A DNA stretch of 64,000 nucleotides from an uncultured Synergistaceae bacterium. GTDB lineage: Bacteria > Synergistota > Synergistia > Synergistales > Aminobacteriaceae. Below the pieces are notes generated by a model. That model saw only the letters and a list, made by a program, of their open reading frames with translations. It had not been told where the DNA came from and ran no database searches. The first letter of the stretch is position 1; each line of letters opens with the position of its first letter. A program made the position numbers and the translations under genes. Where the stretch lies: positions 898 to 64,897 of the forward strand of contig CAYZZX010000002.1 of assembly GCA_964483085.1 (NCBI GenBank), given 5' to 3'. Below, one piece after another: positions 54,935 to 64,000 of this stretch.

Positions 54935-56844
54935 TCCGCTCCATGATGCGTCTTTCCGTCTGGGGGGTTCGGAGCCGCCGTCAGGAGATCATCTCCGAGC
55001 TGTTCAGCCTCGGTGTCCTTCACCTCGACGAGGGGGAGGGCGGTTTTCGTGGAGACGATGGAACCCTGAACGGACTGCGGCTCCTTAGAGGAAGGGTTCT
55101 CGGCCTGGTAGAAGCCCTCGGGTGGGATCGATGGGATGGCCTGAAGGATTCTGACGTGGACGAGGCAGTGCAGCTTTTCTCCGACCTTTCTCCGGAGGAG
55201 TTCGTCCCTGAAATCTCAAAAAGCCTTGATAAATTCAGCACCCGACTCACAAATCTGCAGGAAGACCTCGCCCGGGACGAGGACACTGCGGCGAAATTGA
55301 AAAAATCTCTTGATCTCCTCTCTCGTTTTTCAGCCTTCTTTCAGCGTTGGAGTGATTCCGCCAGAGAGTCATTCATCACCCTCTGGTGGATATCCCCTGA
55401 AAAGATCCCCCCCTTTCTCGCTGCAGTTCAAAACGATCTTCTCTCCCGGGGAAGAGAGGATTTTGGAGGAATTGATCATCATTTTGTACCCGGCCGGGAG
55501 GGTCCCGGCATCCTGTCACTCCGGGTTCCACAGGCCCTGGCCTCAGGACTTTCCGCCATCGCGGTAAGGGAAAAAGCCCTGCCCTGGCGTCTTCCCGAAT
55601 GCTGCGACCAGAAGGCTCCCGCGTCTTCCATCCCCTCTCTGAAGGCCTTTGTCGATGAGCTTGAACTTCACATTCATTCCATAAAAAAAGACCTCTCGGA
55701 AAACTCCGAGGAGTGGGGGCCCCGCCTCGCGGCCCTTTTTCTTTTTCTCGACGAAAAAACCGAACAGGCCGCCGTGGAGGCGCGCATCGAAACCCCCGAT
55801 AATTTTTTCGTCCTTTCCGGATGGATCCCCCGGGATTTTCTTTTGGCCACCGAGGAACGCCTCAAGGCAAAGTTTGGAAGGGATATTCTGATGAAGTGCC
55901 GCCTCCCGGGAAAGGACGAATGGAAGGATGTTCCCACATCGCTGAAAAACCGTTCAGTCACCGCTCCCTTCGAGGTGTTTTTAAAGCTTCTCCGCCCCCC
56001 CTCCTATACAGGTTTTGATCCGACGACCGCCGTGGCCGTCTTCTTTCCTTTTTTTTCAGGCATCATGGTCGGCGACATAGGGTACGGGATCATCGTCTTT
56101 CTCCTCTCCCTCAGCCTGAAAAGGGCGAAACGTCCCGTTCTCCGGGACGTGGGGTCAATTCTGCTCATAGTCTCTCTCTGGAGCGTCCTCTGGGGAGCGG
56201 TCTGGGGCGAATTTTTCGGAGACATCGGCCATCGATTATTTCATCTTCGCCCGCTCTGGCTTGAGCGGTCCGAAGGAGTGCTTCCGGTCATGATCTTCAC
56301 CATCGCGCTGGGAGCGGCTCATGTCGTCCTCGGCCTTCTCATAGGTATCTGGCAGGGAATAAAAAACCGCCATGCCCATGTCTGGATTGAGAAAACCGGC
56401 AATCTCATCATCCTCGGAAGCCTCTTCGGCTTTCTTTTTCTGCTGATGTCTGAATTTCCCCGGGGCCTTTTTTCAATCCCCGTCTCTTTTCTTGTGATCG
56501 GCCTCGCCCTTCTTATCGCCGGAGGAGGCATCGGAGGGATCATCGAGGCCCTCGGAAGCATCGGAAACATCATCAGTTACGTCCGGATCGCGGCAATCGG
56601 CCTTTCCTCAGCCATCCTTGCCCTCGTAGCGTCGAAATTCCTGGACGTCTTCGGCCTCTCTATCCTGGGGGTGTTCCTCGCCCTCATGATTCATCTTCTG
56701 AATTTCATTCTTGCGGTTGCCGGGTCGGGTCTGCACTCTGCCCGGCTTCATTACGTCGAATTCTTCGGGAAGTTTTATTCCGACGGAGGAAAGAATTACA
56801 CACCATTTCAGCGAAGGAGCGGATCCTCGTGGAAAAAGCATTAA
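54931..56844 (+). CDS. atpI: V/A-type ATPase subunit I (a)
   Basis: 637-aa ORF with a soluble N-terminal half and a polytopic C-terminal half. The conserved Arg-containing helix reads ISYVRIAAIGLSSAILA, followed by LHSARLHYVEFFGKFY. Confidence 0.9.
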   Translation: MIRSMMRLSVWGVRSRRQEIISELFSLGVLHLDEGEGGFRGDDGTLNGLRLLRGRVLGLVEALGWDRWDGLKDSDVDEAVQLFSDLSPEEFVPEISKSLDKFSTRLTNLQEDLARDEDTAAKLKKSLDLLSRFSAFFQRWSDSARESFITLWWISPEKIPPFLAAVQNDLLSRGREDFGGIDHHFVPGREGPGILSLRVPQALASGLSAIAVREKALPWRLPECCDQKAPASSIPSLKAFVDELELHIHSIKKDLSENSEEWGPRLAALFLFLDEKTEQAAVEARIETPDNFFVLSGWIPRDFLLATEERLKAKFGRDILMKCRLPGKDEWKDVPTSLKNRSVTAPFEVFLKLLRPPSYTGFDPTTAVAVFFPFFSGIMVGDIGYGIIVFLLSLSLKRAKRPVLRDVGSILLIVSLWSVLWGAVWGEFFGDIGHRLFHLRPLWLERSEGVLPVMIFTIALGAAHVVLGLLIGIWQGIKNRHAHVWIEKTGNLIILGSLFGFLFLLMSEFPRGLFSIPVSFLVIGLALLIAGGGIGGIIEALGSIGNIISYVRIAAIGLSSAILALVASKFLDVFGLSILGVFLALMIHLLNFILAVAGSGLHSARLHYVEFFGKFYSDGGKNYTPFQRRSGSSWKKH

Positions 56845-57047
56845 TAGCTCTTGCGGCTGCCCTTGCAGTGGGAGTACCTGCAGTGGCGACCGCCTATGCC
56901 CAGGCTAAAATCGGAAGCGCCGGGGCAGGCACTGTTGCGGAAAAACCTGAAACAGGAGGCACCATCATCATCCTCGAAGCCCTCCCCGAAACCATGGTCA
57001 TCCTCGGTTTCGTGGTGGCGATCATGATCATCCTCCAGCTGGCCTGA
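56829..57047 (+). CDS. atpK: V/A-type ATPase proteolipid subunit K (c), single hairpin
   Basis: 72-aa ORF with a GTG start. The two helices carry TAYAQAKIGSAGAG and the carboxylate motif LEALPETMVILG, closely paralleling the Thermus L-subunit motifs (GVAQARIGAAG and LLPETLVIFG, quoted from memory). Confidence 0.85.
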   Translation: MEKALIALAAALAVGVPAVATAYAQAKIGSAGAGTVAEKPETGGTIIILEALPETMVILGFVVAIMIILQLA

Positions 57048-57055
57048 GGAAGTCC

Positions 57056-57709
57056 TTGGAACCCCTGGCCACTCCTCCTGACGAAAGGGAGGATATTGCC
57101 TCCTTTCGTCAGGCCCTCCGGGAAGAACATGAACGAAAGATCGCCCGTCTAGAGAGGGAGCAGAATGCTGCCCTTGACGAACTCATCGGCGAACGGCGAG
57201 CACAGGTGGAGCTTCGGGTGAAGGAGATGCGCCGGGAGCATGAACAGCGCTTTTCTCTTCTTCTTGAGGAGAAAAGAAAAGAGGGAATCGCGTCAGTTCG
57301 AACATCTCTGCTGCAGCATTTTGACTCGCTGAACCGTCTGTGCGGAGACAGAATGAAAGAAAAAAGCCTCTCCCTCAGAAAAAATCGTGACGCAGAATAT
57401 ACCGCTCTCCTTCTCTTGCTCGCCCGTGAAGGCCTTGAAGCCGCAGGCCTGCCTGCAGTGATCTCGGTCGAACCGGGAGAGGCGGTACTGCTGTCAACAA
57501 CCGGCGATTTCCCTCTCGGCGAGGGTGTGGAGATTATTGAAGAACCCCGGCATAAATGGGGCGGATGCCTCGTCACTTCAGGCACTACCGTCATTGATAA
57601 TACGCTCTCTTCCCGCTGGAATAAGCTCTCCGGTGAATTTGCCCTCGAACTCTCACGACTGCTGAATGACACTTTTTCGGAAATCAACGACAGAATCTCC
57701 GAATTATGA
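57056..57709 (+). CDS. atpE: V/A-type ATPase subunit E
   Basis: 217-aa ORF with a TTG start. It has a long charged N-terminal helix (REEHERKIARLEREQNAALDELIGERRAQVELRVKEMRREHEQ) and a globular C-terminus ending IDNTLSSRW, and sits after subunit K. Confidence 0.8.
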   Translation: MEPLATPPDEREDIASFRQALREEHERKIARLEREQNAALDELIGERRAQVELRVKEMRREHEQRFSLLLEEKRKEGIASVRTSLLQHFDSLNRLCGDRMKEKSLSLRKNRDAEYTALLLLLAREGLEAAGLPAVISVEPGEAVLLSTTGDFPLGEGVEIIEEPRHKWGGCLVTSGTTVIDNTLSSRWNKLSGEFALELSRLLNDTFSEINDRISEL

Positions 57710-58742
57710 ATATCTGAATGCCGTGCTTCGGGCAAAGGGTACGAAACTTCTCCCGGAAGAAGAGTTTCGTGCCCTTGCCCATGGATCGCTGAAGGCCTTC
57801 GAGCTCTTCATTCTCGAAAGCTCCTACGGAGAGCGGTACCGGGAGCAGCTCGCCCAGGGGACTACCTCTCTTCTGAAGCGTCTCGAAAACGCCCTCGCGG
57901 CAGGAAGCGCCGACAGGCTGCTTGAGGCGGCCTCCCGTGCCGAGGGGGAGTCGGAGTTCTTTCTTTCCATCGTCCTCTCCATGGGGGATCTCTACAACGG
58001 CAGATTTCTTCTCCGTTCTCTTTCGGGAGGGGGACGGGGGGCGATGGCGCCAGCGTGGCACCGCTATTCGCTGCTCGATTTTCCTTTTTACGACGACCTC
58101 TGGTATAAATGCCCCACGGCGGCCGACGGAGCCGTACGCTCCTACGAGGAATACGGAGAGTTTTCGAATATCCTCGGAGACGCCTTTCGCTTTCTGCATG
58201 AGACGGGCAACCTTCCCGGCTCGGAGAGGCTTTTTTTCGCCCGCTGGCTCTCCTGGTGGAAGAAGGAGCTTGAAAAATACAGCAACGAGAACGGCCGCAG
58301 GATGGCGGAGTTCCTCGGCCGCCTGACGGATACCTGGAATTTCAATATATGGCTTCGGGGAATTCAGCAGGACGGACAGGGAGAAGAAGCCCCGTCTTCC
58401 TTTTTGCCCGGAGGATGGGGGCTTCCCATCGAAAAACTTGAGACTGCCGGGGACGCCGAATCTCTCTTCTCGGATTCCGGATGGTCAATACCGTTAAGCT
58501 CCTTCTCTGCCGGAAAGTCCGCGAATTTTCAGCGGACCGTTCAGAAGGCCTTCTTTCAATGGCAGAAGGGACTCTACCGGCGAAACCTTCTCGGCATCGA
58601 TGTTCCTCTCGGATACACGGCCATGGTCCTCGACGAATGGCGCGGCCTTACCCTGATCGCTGTGGGGCTCTCCCTGGGAATGCCTGCCGGAGAAATAGAG
58701 GATCATCTGTACGGCGGCGGAAAAGAGGAGGAGAGAGGATGA
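57666..58742 (+). CDS. atpC: V/A-type ATPase subunit C (d)
   Basis: 358-aa helical ORF whose N-terminal YEYLNAVLRAKGTKLL is typical of C/d subunits. It lies between E and F. Confidence 0.8.
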   Translation: MTLFRKSTTESPNYEYLNAVLRAKGTKLLPEEEFRALAHGSLKAFELFILESSYGERYREQLAQGTTSLLKRLENALAAGSADRLLEAASRAEGESEFFLSIVLSMGDLYNGRFLLRSLSGGGRGAMAPAWHRYSLLDFPFYDDLWYKCPTAADGAVRSYEEYGEFSNILGDAFRFLHETGNLPGSERLFFARWLSWWKKELEKYSNENGRRMAEFLGRLTDTWNFNIWLRGIQQDGQGEEAPSSFLPGGWGLPIEKLETAGDAESLFSDSGWSIPLSSFSAGKSANFQRTVQKAFFQWQKGLYRRNLLGIDVPLGYTAMVLDEWRGLTLIAVGLSLGMPAGEIEDHLYGGGKEEERG

Positions 58743-59005
58743 GCACTGACAGACCGGCCTTTGCCGTGGGAAGTCAGGTTTTTGTAGATCTGTGGGCTCT
58801 CATGGGGTTTGTTCCGATTCCGAGCGAATCGCCCGAGGATATCTCGGGAGTTCTCTCGGTCCTCTCCCGGGAAAAAGCCGCCTTCATCGTGGCGGAAGAA
58901 TCCTGGTTCTTCGGGATAGCGGAACCGGTTCGAAAAAGGCTCGAAAAATCGGGGGAACTCGTATGGATACAGTTCCCCTCCTGTGACAGCACAGAAATGA
59001 GATGA
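58739..59005 (+). CDS. atpF: V/A-type ATPase subunit F
   Basis: ATG 58739 overlaps the subunit C stop (ATGA). The 88-aa product reads FAVGSQVFVDLWALMGFVPIP...AAFIVAEESWF, and lies before subunit A. Confidence 0.75.
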   Translation: MSTDRPAFAVGSQVFVDLWALMGFVPIPSESPEDISGVLSVLSREKAAFIVAEESWFFGIAEPVRKRLEKSGELVWIQFPSCDSTEMR

Positions 59006-59012
59006 GGAAGAG

Positions 59013-60773
59013 ATGAGAAAAACAGGAGTCGTTACGGGGATATCCGGACCGGTGGTCACAGTGAGCCCCCGTCAGCCCGTATATATGTTCGAGGTGACCC
59101 GGGTCGGTACTTCCGGGCTCCTCGGCGAAGTCATCCGCATTCAGAAGGGTACGGTCTACGTGCAGGTCTACGAAGACACCTCAGGTCTTGCCTACGGCGA
59201 TGAAGTGGTCTTCGAGGATGATCTTCTTTCCGTTGAACTCGGTCCCGGTCTGCTGGGCGGAGTGTTCGACGGAATCGGCAGACCCCTGAAGACCCTCGGA
59301 GAGGACGGGATTTTTCTTCCCAGAGGGGCAAATCTTCCCACCATCGGCTCGGGAACGGTCTATCCCTTTGTTCCGGCTCTTTCAGCCGGCGATGATGTCC
59401 GTCCCGGGGACGTGATGGGAAGAGTGCAGGAGAACGCAAACTTCACCGCCTCCGTGATGTTCCCCCCCGCCGAGGCTCCCGGTACCGTGGCCTGGCGAGC
59501 GGAGGAGGGGGAGTATTCTCCCAGAGAGACGGTCGTTCGCCTCGAGGACGGTCGTGAGTTCTCCATGGTGCAGCGGTGGCGGGTGCGGATTCCCCGGCCC
59601 GTCAGCACCCGTCTTCCCCTCGAAGTTCCCCTTCTGACGGGGCAGAGAATCCTCGATACCCTCTTTCCCATCCCCCTCGGAGGAGCGGCAGTTCTGCCAG
59701 GAGGATTCGGCACGGGGAAGACCGTCACCCAGCAGTCCCTTGCGAAATGGTGTTCCGCCGACGTCATTATCTACGTGGGGTGCGGAGAGCGGGGGAACGA
59801 GATGACCGAAGTCCTCGAGGAGTTTCCCGAGCTTGTGGACCCGGGCACGGGCGGCCCTCTGATGAACAGGACCGTACTGGTGGCGAACACCTCCAATATG
59901 CCCGTGGCGGCGAGGGAGGCCAGCATCTATCTGGGGATGACCCTCGGAGAATTCTACCGTGACATGGGGTTCAACGTGGCCATCATGGCGGACTCCACCT
60001 CCCGGTGGGCCGAGGCCCTCCGGGAGATCGGAGGGAGGCTCGAAGAGATGCCGGGAGAGGAGGGGTACCCCGCCTACCTCGGCAGCCGCCTCGCCCAGTA
60101 TTACGAGCGGGCGGGGAGATCACAGGCCCTTGGAAGCCCCGACCGGATCGGATCGATCACCGTGGTGAACGCAGTATCCCCCGCTGGCGGAGATTTCTCT
60201 GAGCCGGTGACCCAGGCCAGCCTCCGCATGTCCGGAGCCTTCTGGGCCCTCGACAAGGGGCTTGCCCAGCAGCGACACTTTCCTGCCATCAACTGGCGGC
60301 AGAGCTACACTCTCTACGACGAAATGCTCACTCCGTGGTTCCGGGAGGCCCTCGGAGAGGAGTGGTTCTCCCTCAAAGCCTTCATGAAGGAAATCCTTGA
60401 AAAGGAGCAGTCCCTTCTTGATCTCGTTCAGCTCGTGGGTCGGGACGGTCTCTCTGAAGAGGACAAGTGGACTCTCTTTCTTGCCGAACTCTACCGGGTG
60501 CTCTTTCTTCAGCAGAATGCCTTTTCTACGACGGACGCCTCCTTCCCTCTTTCCCGTCAGCGAGATCTTCTGCTCGTGCTGAAGAATTTGAACGACCTTG
60601 CGGATGTTTTCCTCACCAGAGGAGGTTTCTTCGAACAGATCTCTGAGTTTCCTCTCCGGGCGGAGCTCCTTCACCTTCGGGAGACTGAAGAAGAGGATCT
60701 CGCCGAAAGAGGATCCGAATGGTGCACAAATCTGTCGGAAAAACTCGCCTCTCTGGAGGTGATGGCGGGATGA
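59013..60773 (+). CDS. atpA: V/A-type ATPase catalytic subunit A
   Basis: 586-aa ORF with Walker A PGGFGTGKTV. It also contains YVGCGERGNEM, the non-homologous insert region, MADSTSRWAEALREI and GYPAYLGSRLAQYYERAG. Confidence 0.97.
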   Translation: MRKTGVVTGISGPVVTVSPRQPVYMFEVTRVGTSGLLGEVIRIQKGTVYVQVYEDTSGLAYGDEVVFEDDLLSVELGPGLLGGVFDGIGRPLKTLGEDGIFLPRGANLPTIGSGTVYPFVPALSAGDDVRPGDVMGRVQENANFTASVMFPPAEAPGTVAWRAEEGEYSPRETVVRLEDGREFSMVQRWRVRIPRPVSTRLPLEVPLLTGQRILDTLFPIPLGGAAVLPGGFGTGKTVTQQSLAKWCSADVIIYVGCGERGNEMTEVLEEFPELVDPGTGGPLMNRTVLVANTSNMPVAAREASIYLGMTLGEFYRDMGFNVAIMADSTSRWAEALREIGGRLEEMPGEEGYPAYLGSRLAQYYERAGRSQALGSPDRIGSITVVNAVSPAGGDFSEPVTQASLRMSGAFWALDKGLAQQRHFPAINWRQSYTLYDEMLTPWFREALGEEWFSLKAFMKEILEKEQSLLDLVQLVGRDGLSEEDKWTLFLAELYRVLFLQQNAFSTTDASFPLSRQRDLLLVLKNLNDLADVFLTRGGFFEQISEFPLRAELLHLRETEEEDLAERGSEWCTNLSEKLASLEVMAG

Positions 60774-62161
60774 AGCCCCTCTACAGAGAAGGTTTTCGCG
60801 GAGTTGAAGAGATGAGCGGCCCCCTTATCTTTCTTCGGGGCATCTCACGGCCGTCCTACGGCGAACTGGTCACGGTGGAGACCCCTGAGGGGACGAGAAC
60901 AGGGCAGATACTGCAGATCCAGGGGGACATCTCCATCGTACAGGTCTTCGAGGGAACCATGGGGCTCTCTCCCGACCGAACCACTGTCTGGCTGGAGCGG
61001 GACATCCTGCGCATTCCCGTGGGAGACTCCCTTGTGGGGCGCATCTTCGACGGAAAGGGGGAGGCCCTCGACGGCCTTCCGTCGAACTTCGCCGCTCTCT
61101 CCCTTCCGGTGAACGGAGCTCCCATCAACCCCATCCGCAGAAGCAGCCCGGATATCTACGTGGAGACGGGGATTTCCGCCCTCGACATGATGAACACCCT
61201 CGTCCGGGGGCAGAAGCTCCCCATTTTTTCGGGAGTCGGCCTGCCCGCAAACGAGCTGGCTGTACAGATCGTGGAGGGCGCGAATATTCCCGGATCGGCG
61301 GAACCCTTCCTCGTGGTCTTCGCCGCCATGGGCATCACCCGGCGGGAGGCTCAGTACTTCATGGAGGCCTTCCGTAAGTCGGGGGCTCTCAGCACAGGGG
61401 TCTTCTTTCTCAACCTCGCGAGCGATTCTGTGGTGGAACGCCTTCTGACCCCTCGGCTCGCCCTGACTGCGGCGGAATATTTCGCCTTCAACCGGGGGTA
61501 TAATGTCCTCGTGGTTATGACGGACATGCTCTCCTACTGTGACGCCCTCCGGGAGGTGAGCGCCGCCCGGGAGGAGGTTCCGGGACGCCGGGGGTACCCC
61601 GGATACATGTACTCCGACCTCGCCGAGCTTTATGAGCGGGCGGGATGCGTCGCGGGGCTTCCGGGAAGCGTCACCCAGATCCCCATCATCACCATGCCCG
61701 ATGACGACATGACGCACCCCGTGGTGGACCTCTCGGGGTACATCACGGAGGGGCAGATTACCCTCGACAGGCGCATTCAGGAGAAGGGGATCTACCCCCC
61801 AATTGACGTTCTTCCCTGTCTCAGCCGCCTGATGAACAAGGGGATTGGCAGAGGAAAGACCTTCCCTCAGCACAGGGCCATGGCTGACCAGCTCTACGCC
61901 TGCTATGCCCGTGCCCGGGAGGTGGAGAGAATGCGGCTCATCGTGGGGGACGACGGCCTGACCGCCCTTGAAAGAACCTATCTCACCTTCGGCGGCATCT
62001 TCGAGAAAAACTTTCTTGCCCAGGGAAAAACAGGGCGCACCCTCGCCGCCTCGGAGAAAATCGCCTGGAAATGTCTCTCCGTCCTGCCGCCAGGGGAGCT
62101 TTTCAAGCTCCCCGAGAAGTACGTGACCGAGAACATCGGTAAGGAAGGGGGAAGGTCATGA
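60770..62161 (+). CDS. atpB: V/A-type ATPase subunit B
   Basis: ATG 60770 overlaps the subunit A stop (ATGA). It contains RGQKLPIFSGVGLP, TDMLSYCDALREVSAAREEVPGRRGYPGYMYSDLAELYERAG and IPIITMPDDDMTHPV. Confidence 0.97.
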   Translation: MKPLYREGFRGVEEMSGPLIFLRGISRPSYGELVTVETPEGTRTGQILQIQGDISIVQVFEGTMGLSPDRTTVWLERDILRIPVGDSLVGRIFDGKGEALDGLPSNFAALSLPVNGAPINPIRRSSPDIYVETGISALDMMNTLVRGQKLPIFSGVGLPANELAVQIVEGANIPGSAEPFLVVFAAMGITRREAQYFMEAFRKSGALSTGVFFLNLASDSVVERLLTPRLALTAAEYFAFNRGYNVLVVMTDMLSYCDALREVSAAREEVPGRRGYPGYMYSDLAELYERAGCVAGLPGSVTQIPIITMPDDDMTHPVVDLSGYITEGQITLDRRIQEKGIYPPIDVLPCLSRLMNKGIGRGKTFPQHRAMADQLYACYARAREVERMRLIVGDDGLTALERTYLTFGGIFEKNFLAQGKTGRTLAASEKIAWKCLSVLPPGELFKLPEKYVTENIGKEGGRS

Positions 62162-62850
62162 CAGGCAGAACATCAGGACCTCCGACGAGGGAACACCTTC
62201 TGGCCACCCGCAAAAGAATCGGTGCGGTGACCTACGGCAAAAAACTGCTCGAGAGAAAACGGGATGCTCTCCTGCGTTCCGCCGAGGAAGAGCGCCGCCT
62301 GTACCGGGAGGTTCGGAGCGAATTCCTTCGGAGGAGCAAGAATATCACCTTTCTCTACGCCCTCGTCCGGATGTTCGAGGGGGACGGATCGGTCCGCTTT
62401 CTCACCGCCGGCATCGCCCCTCTTCCCGTGGCGGTGGAGAAGAAATCCATCATGGGGTGCCGGTATTCCGTCTTCAGCCCCGGAGAAGGAGAGCGGAAGA
62501 ACCTCTCCTGGAAGATTCCCTATGACCCGGCCATCACCTCCCTCTATGTTGAGGACCTTCTGAAGGCCATGGCCGACGGGGAAGAGTGCATGTGGCAGTA
62601 CATCAATTTGAAGACGAAGATCACGGCCATCGAAAGGGAGCTCTCACGAACCACATTGAAGATCAATACCCTTGAGCATATCCTTCTCCCCTCGCTACTG
62701 AAGGCGACAAAACGAATCGAGGATGTACTCTCCGAGAGGGAGCGGCAGGAAAAGTTCGTCGCAAAAAGAATGGGGAAAAAAAAGCGGAAATCTTCTCTGG
62801 AAAATATGGAATTTATACTGGACACACTCTGTGAAAATCATTATTCTTAG
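62158..62850 (+). CDS. atpD: V/A-type ATPase subunit D
   Basis: 230-aa coiled-coil ORF (PTREHLLATRKRIGAVTYGKKLLERKRDALL ... LEHILLPSL...) with an ATGA overlap to subunit B. Confidence 0.9.
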   Translation: MTGRTSGPPTREHLLATRKRIGAVTYGKKLLERKRDALLRSAEEERRLYREVRSEFLRRSKNITFLYALVRMFEGDGSVRFLTAGIAPLPVAVEKKSIMGCRYSVFSPGEGERKNLSWKIPYDPAITSLYVEDLLKAMADGEECMWQYINLKTKITAIERELSRTTLKINTLEHILLPSLLKATKRIEDVLSERERQEKFVAKRMGKKKRKSSLENMEFILDTLCENHYS

Positions 62851-63292
62851 TGTGGGAAAGACAAAGGATATTCATCTTTCCGCCCTGGCGGAACGGTATA
62901 TCAAAAGAACCCGCTCCTTTCTCACTATCGGGCAGGAATTCGTCCCCGAGGGGAAGGACCGGGATAGAAGCCGTAAAATAGAAAGGGAAGGAGAAGAACT
63001 GCTGAAAAGAGTGCAGAGCAGAGATTTTGTTGTGACCCTCGAGGAAGCTGGAGAGGAGCGGGACAGCCCGGCCTTCGCCCGCTGGCTTGGGGAATTGGTC
63101 GATGGAACATCAGGTCGGATACTTTTTATTGTGGGAGGCGCTTTCGGCCTCTCCCAGCGAATTTGTGCCCGGAGGGACGCTTCCGTATCCCTCTCGAAAA
63201 TGACGCTGCCCCACGAGTTCTGCCCCATGCTGCTGGCCGAGCAGATTTATCGCTCGTTCACCATACTTCGGGGCGGAGAATATCATCACTGA
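62831..63292 (+). CDS. rlmH: 23S rRNA (pseudouridine1915-N3)-methyltransferase
   Basis: GTG 62831 is preferred; the track start at 62723 lies inside atpD. It contains VKIIILSVGKTKD, ILFIVGGAFGLS, LSLSKMTLPHEF and EQIYRSFTILRGGEYH (SPOUT fold). Confidence 0.9.
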   Translation: MKIIILSVGKTKDIHLSALAERYIKRTRSFLTIGQEFVPEGKDRDRSRKIEREGEELLKRVQSRDFVVTLEEAGEERDSPAFARWLGELVDGTSGRILFIVGGAFGLSQRICARRDASVSLSKMTLPHEFCPMLLAEQIYRSFTILRGGEYHH

Positions 63293-63305
63293 GGAGGAAA
63301 CTGCT

Positions 63306-63614
63306 ATGAACATGGATAAGATTATGAAACAAGCGCAGAAGATGCAGGCCCAGATGGCGAAGGTCCAGGAAGAGCTGGCGGATGAAAAGGTTGAGGGGAA
63401 TTCAGGGGGTGGAATGGTAACTGTCACGGCAAACGGCCAGGGTGAAATCCTCGCCGTGCGGATTGATCCTGAAGTCACCGGAGAAGAGGATGTTGAGATG
63501 CTCGAGGATCTTGTCCTTGCAGCGGTGAACGACGCCCTCCGGAGAAGCAAGGAGCTGGCCAACGGCAGAATGGGACAGCTCACCGGAGGCATGGGCTCTC
63601 TGGGGCTTTTTTAG
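63306..63614 (+). CDS. ybaB: Nucleoid-associated protein YbaB/EbfC
   Basis: 102-aa ORF reading MDKIMKQAQKMQAQMAKVQEELA...GGGMVTVTANGQGEILAVRIDPEV...EMLEDLVLAAVNDALRRSKE. Confidence 0.92.
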   Translation: MNMDKIMKQAQKMQAQMAKVQEELADEKVEGNSGGGMVTVTANGQGEILAVRIDPEVTGEEDVEMLEDLVLAAVNDALRRSKELANGRMGQLTGGMGSLGLF

Positions 63615-63622
63615 GAGCTCTC

Positions 63623-64000
63623 GTTGGCCCTTCCCGATCCCTTCGAACGACTCACTTCGCTTTTTCGAAAACTGCCCGGTGTCGGAAACAAGACCGCCAG
63701 GCGGATGGCTTTTTTTGTCCTTCAGCAGCCCCCCTCCTATGCCAATGACCTGGCATCATGCCTCGAGCGGCTCAAGGAGAGCATCTTTCCGTGCTCGAGA
63801 TGCGGCAATATAACGGACAAGGACCCCTGCTCCCTCTGCACGGATCTTCTGCGGGACAGAAAGACCCTCTGCGTCGTGGAGACGGCGGAGGACCTCATCA
63901 GCATCGAACAGGCCGGAGTCTTCTCCGGAGTCTATCACGTCCTCGGCGGGCGGGTGTCTCCCCTCGACGGAGAAGACCTTGATGAAGAAACCCTTGAACG
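63623..64000 (+). CDS. recR: Recombination protein RecR (5' part; continues beyond window)
   Basis: This frame is not in the ORF track because it has no stop within the window. TTG 63623 lies 6 nt after taggag. The translation reads LALPDPFERLTSLFRKLPGVGNKTARRMAFFVL... It has the zinc finger CSRCGNITDKDPCSLC and the Toprim start LCVVETAEDLISIEQAGVFSGVYHVLGG. Confidence 0.88.

Noticed and set aside
1-64000. A search for CRISPR arrays, long tandem or inverted repeats, IS elements, rRNA genes, and in-frame-UGA selenoprotein genes prompted by the presence of selC.
   Set aside because: By eye I found no regularly spaced direct repeats and no transposase-like ORFs. No pair of adjacent same-frame ORFs is separated by a single TGA with continuous family homology. 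This visual search is not exhaustive, and a computational repeat and SECIS scan would be needed to be sure.

Overview
Gene-dense, GC-rich bacterial chromosomal segment, almost fully coding and mostly on the + strand. Many neighbouring genes are translationally coupled through ATGA/GTGA start-stop overlaps. No tools were run: all calls rest on reading the supplied translations and the nucleotide sequence.

Most of the window is core housekeeping:
- a type IV pilus pilN/pilO/pilP-like/pilQ secretin block
- efp, an Asp23 gene, nusB, xseA
- an mtnA-ahcY-mtaD cluster for SAM by-products
- alaS-ruvX-mutS-mutL-miaA-ispH-rpsA
- def-fmt
- a four-subunit 2-oxoacid:ferredoxin oxidoreductase in delta-alpha-beta-gamma order
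- nudF, xerD, two nucleoside phosphorylases, an M23 peptidase
- tRNA-Sec (selC)
- pcm-queT, cysS
- uvrC-ribD-ribE-ribBA-ribH-serS
- a membrane-domain/GT26 fusion protein and a CBS protein
- a complete Thermus-like V/A-type ATPase operon (G-I-K-E-C-F-A-B-D)
- rlmH, ybaB, and the 5' part of recR

The only clearly accessory stretch is a 9.2-kb, five-gene minus-strand operon (11373-20563). All five products are exported or membrane proteins of unclear function: a BNR/Asp-box propeller protein, a polytopic membrane protein, a small periplasmic protein, a 907-aa zinc-phospholipase-C/P1-nuclease-like protein with a PKD domain, and an NHL-propeller protein with TPR-like repeats. This is the best candidate for an undescribed system, but its function cannot be derived from the sequence.

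Other points worth a second look:
- EF-P carries Arg where the modified Lys normally sits.
- The deaminase-first SAH/MTA salvage gene cluster.
- A degenerate WecA/MraY-like membrane domain fused to a TagA-type glycosyltransferase.
- selC sits beside an AT-richer islet that has a near-consensus promoter driving a small secreted protein.

I saw no CRISPR array, transposase, prophage block or rRNA. Gene content suggests an anaerobic diderm relative of Firmicutes such as Synergistota (secretin, V/A-ATPase, ferredoxin oxidoreductase, selC), but that is a guess.
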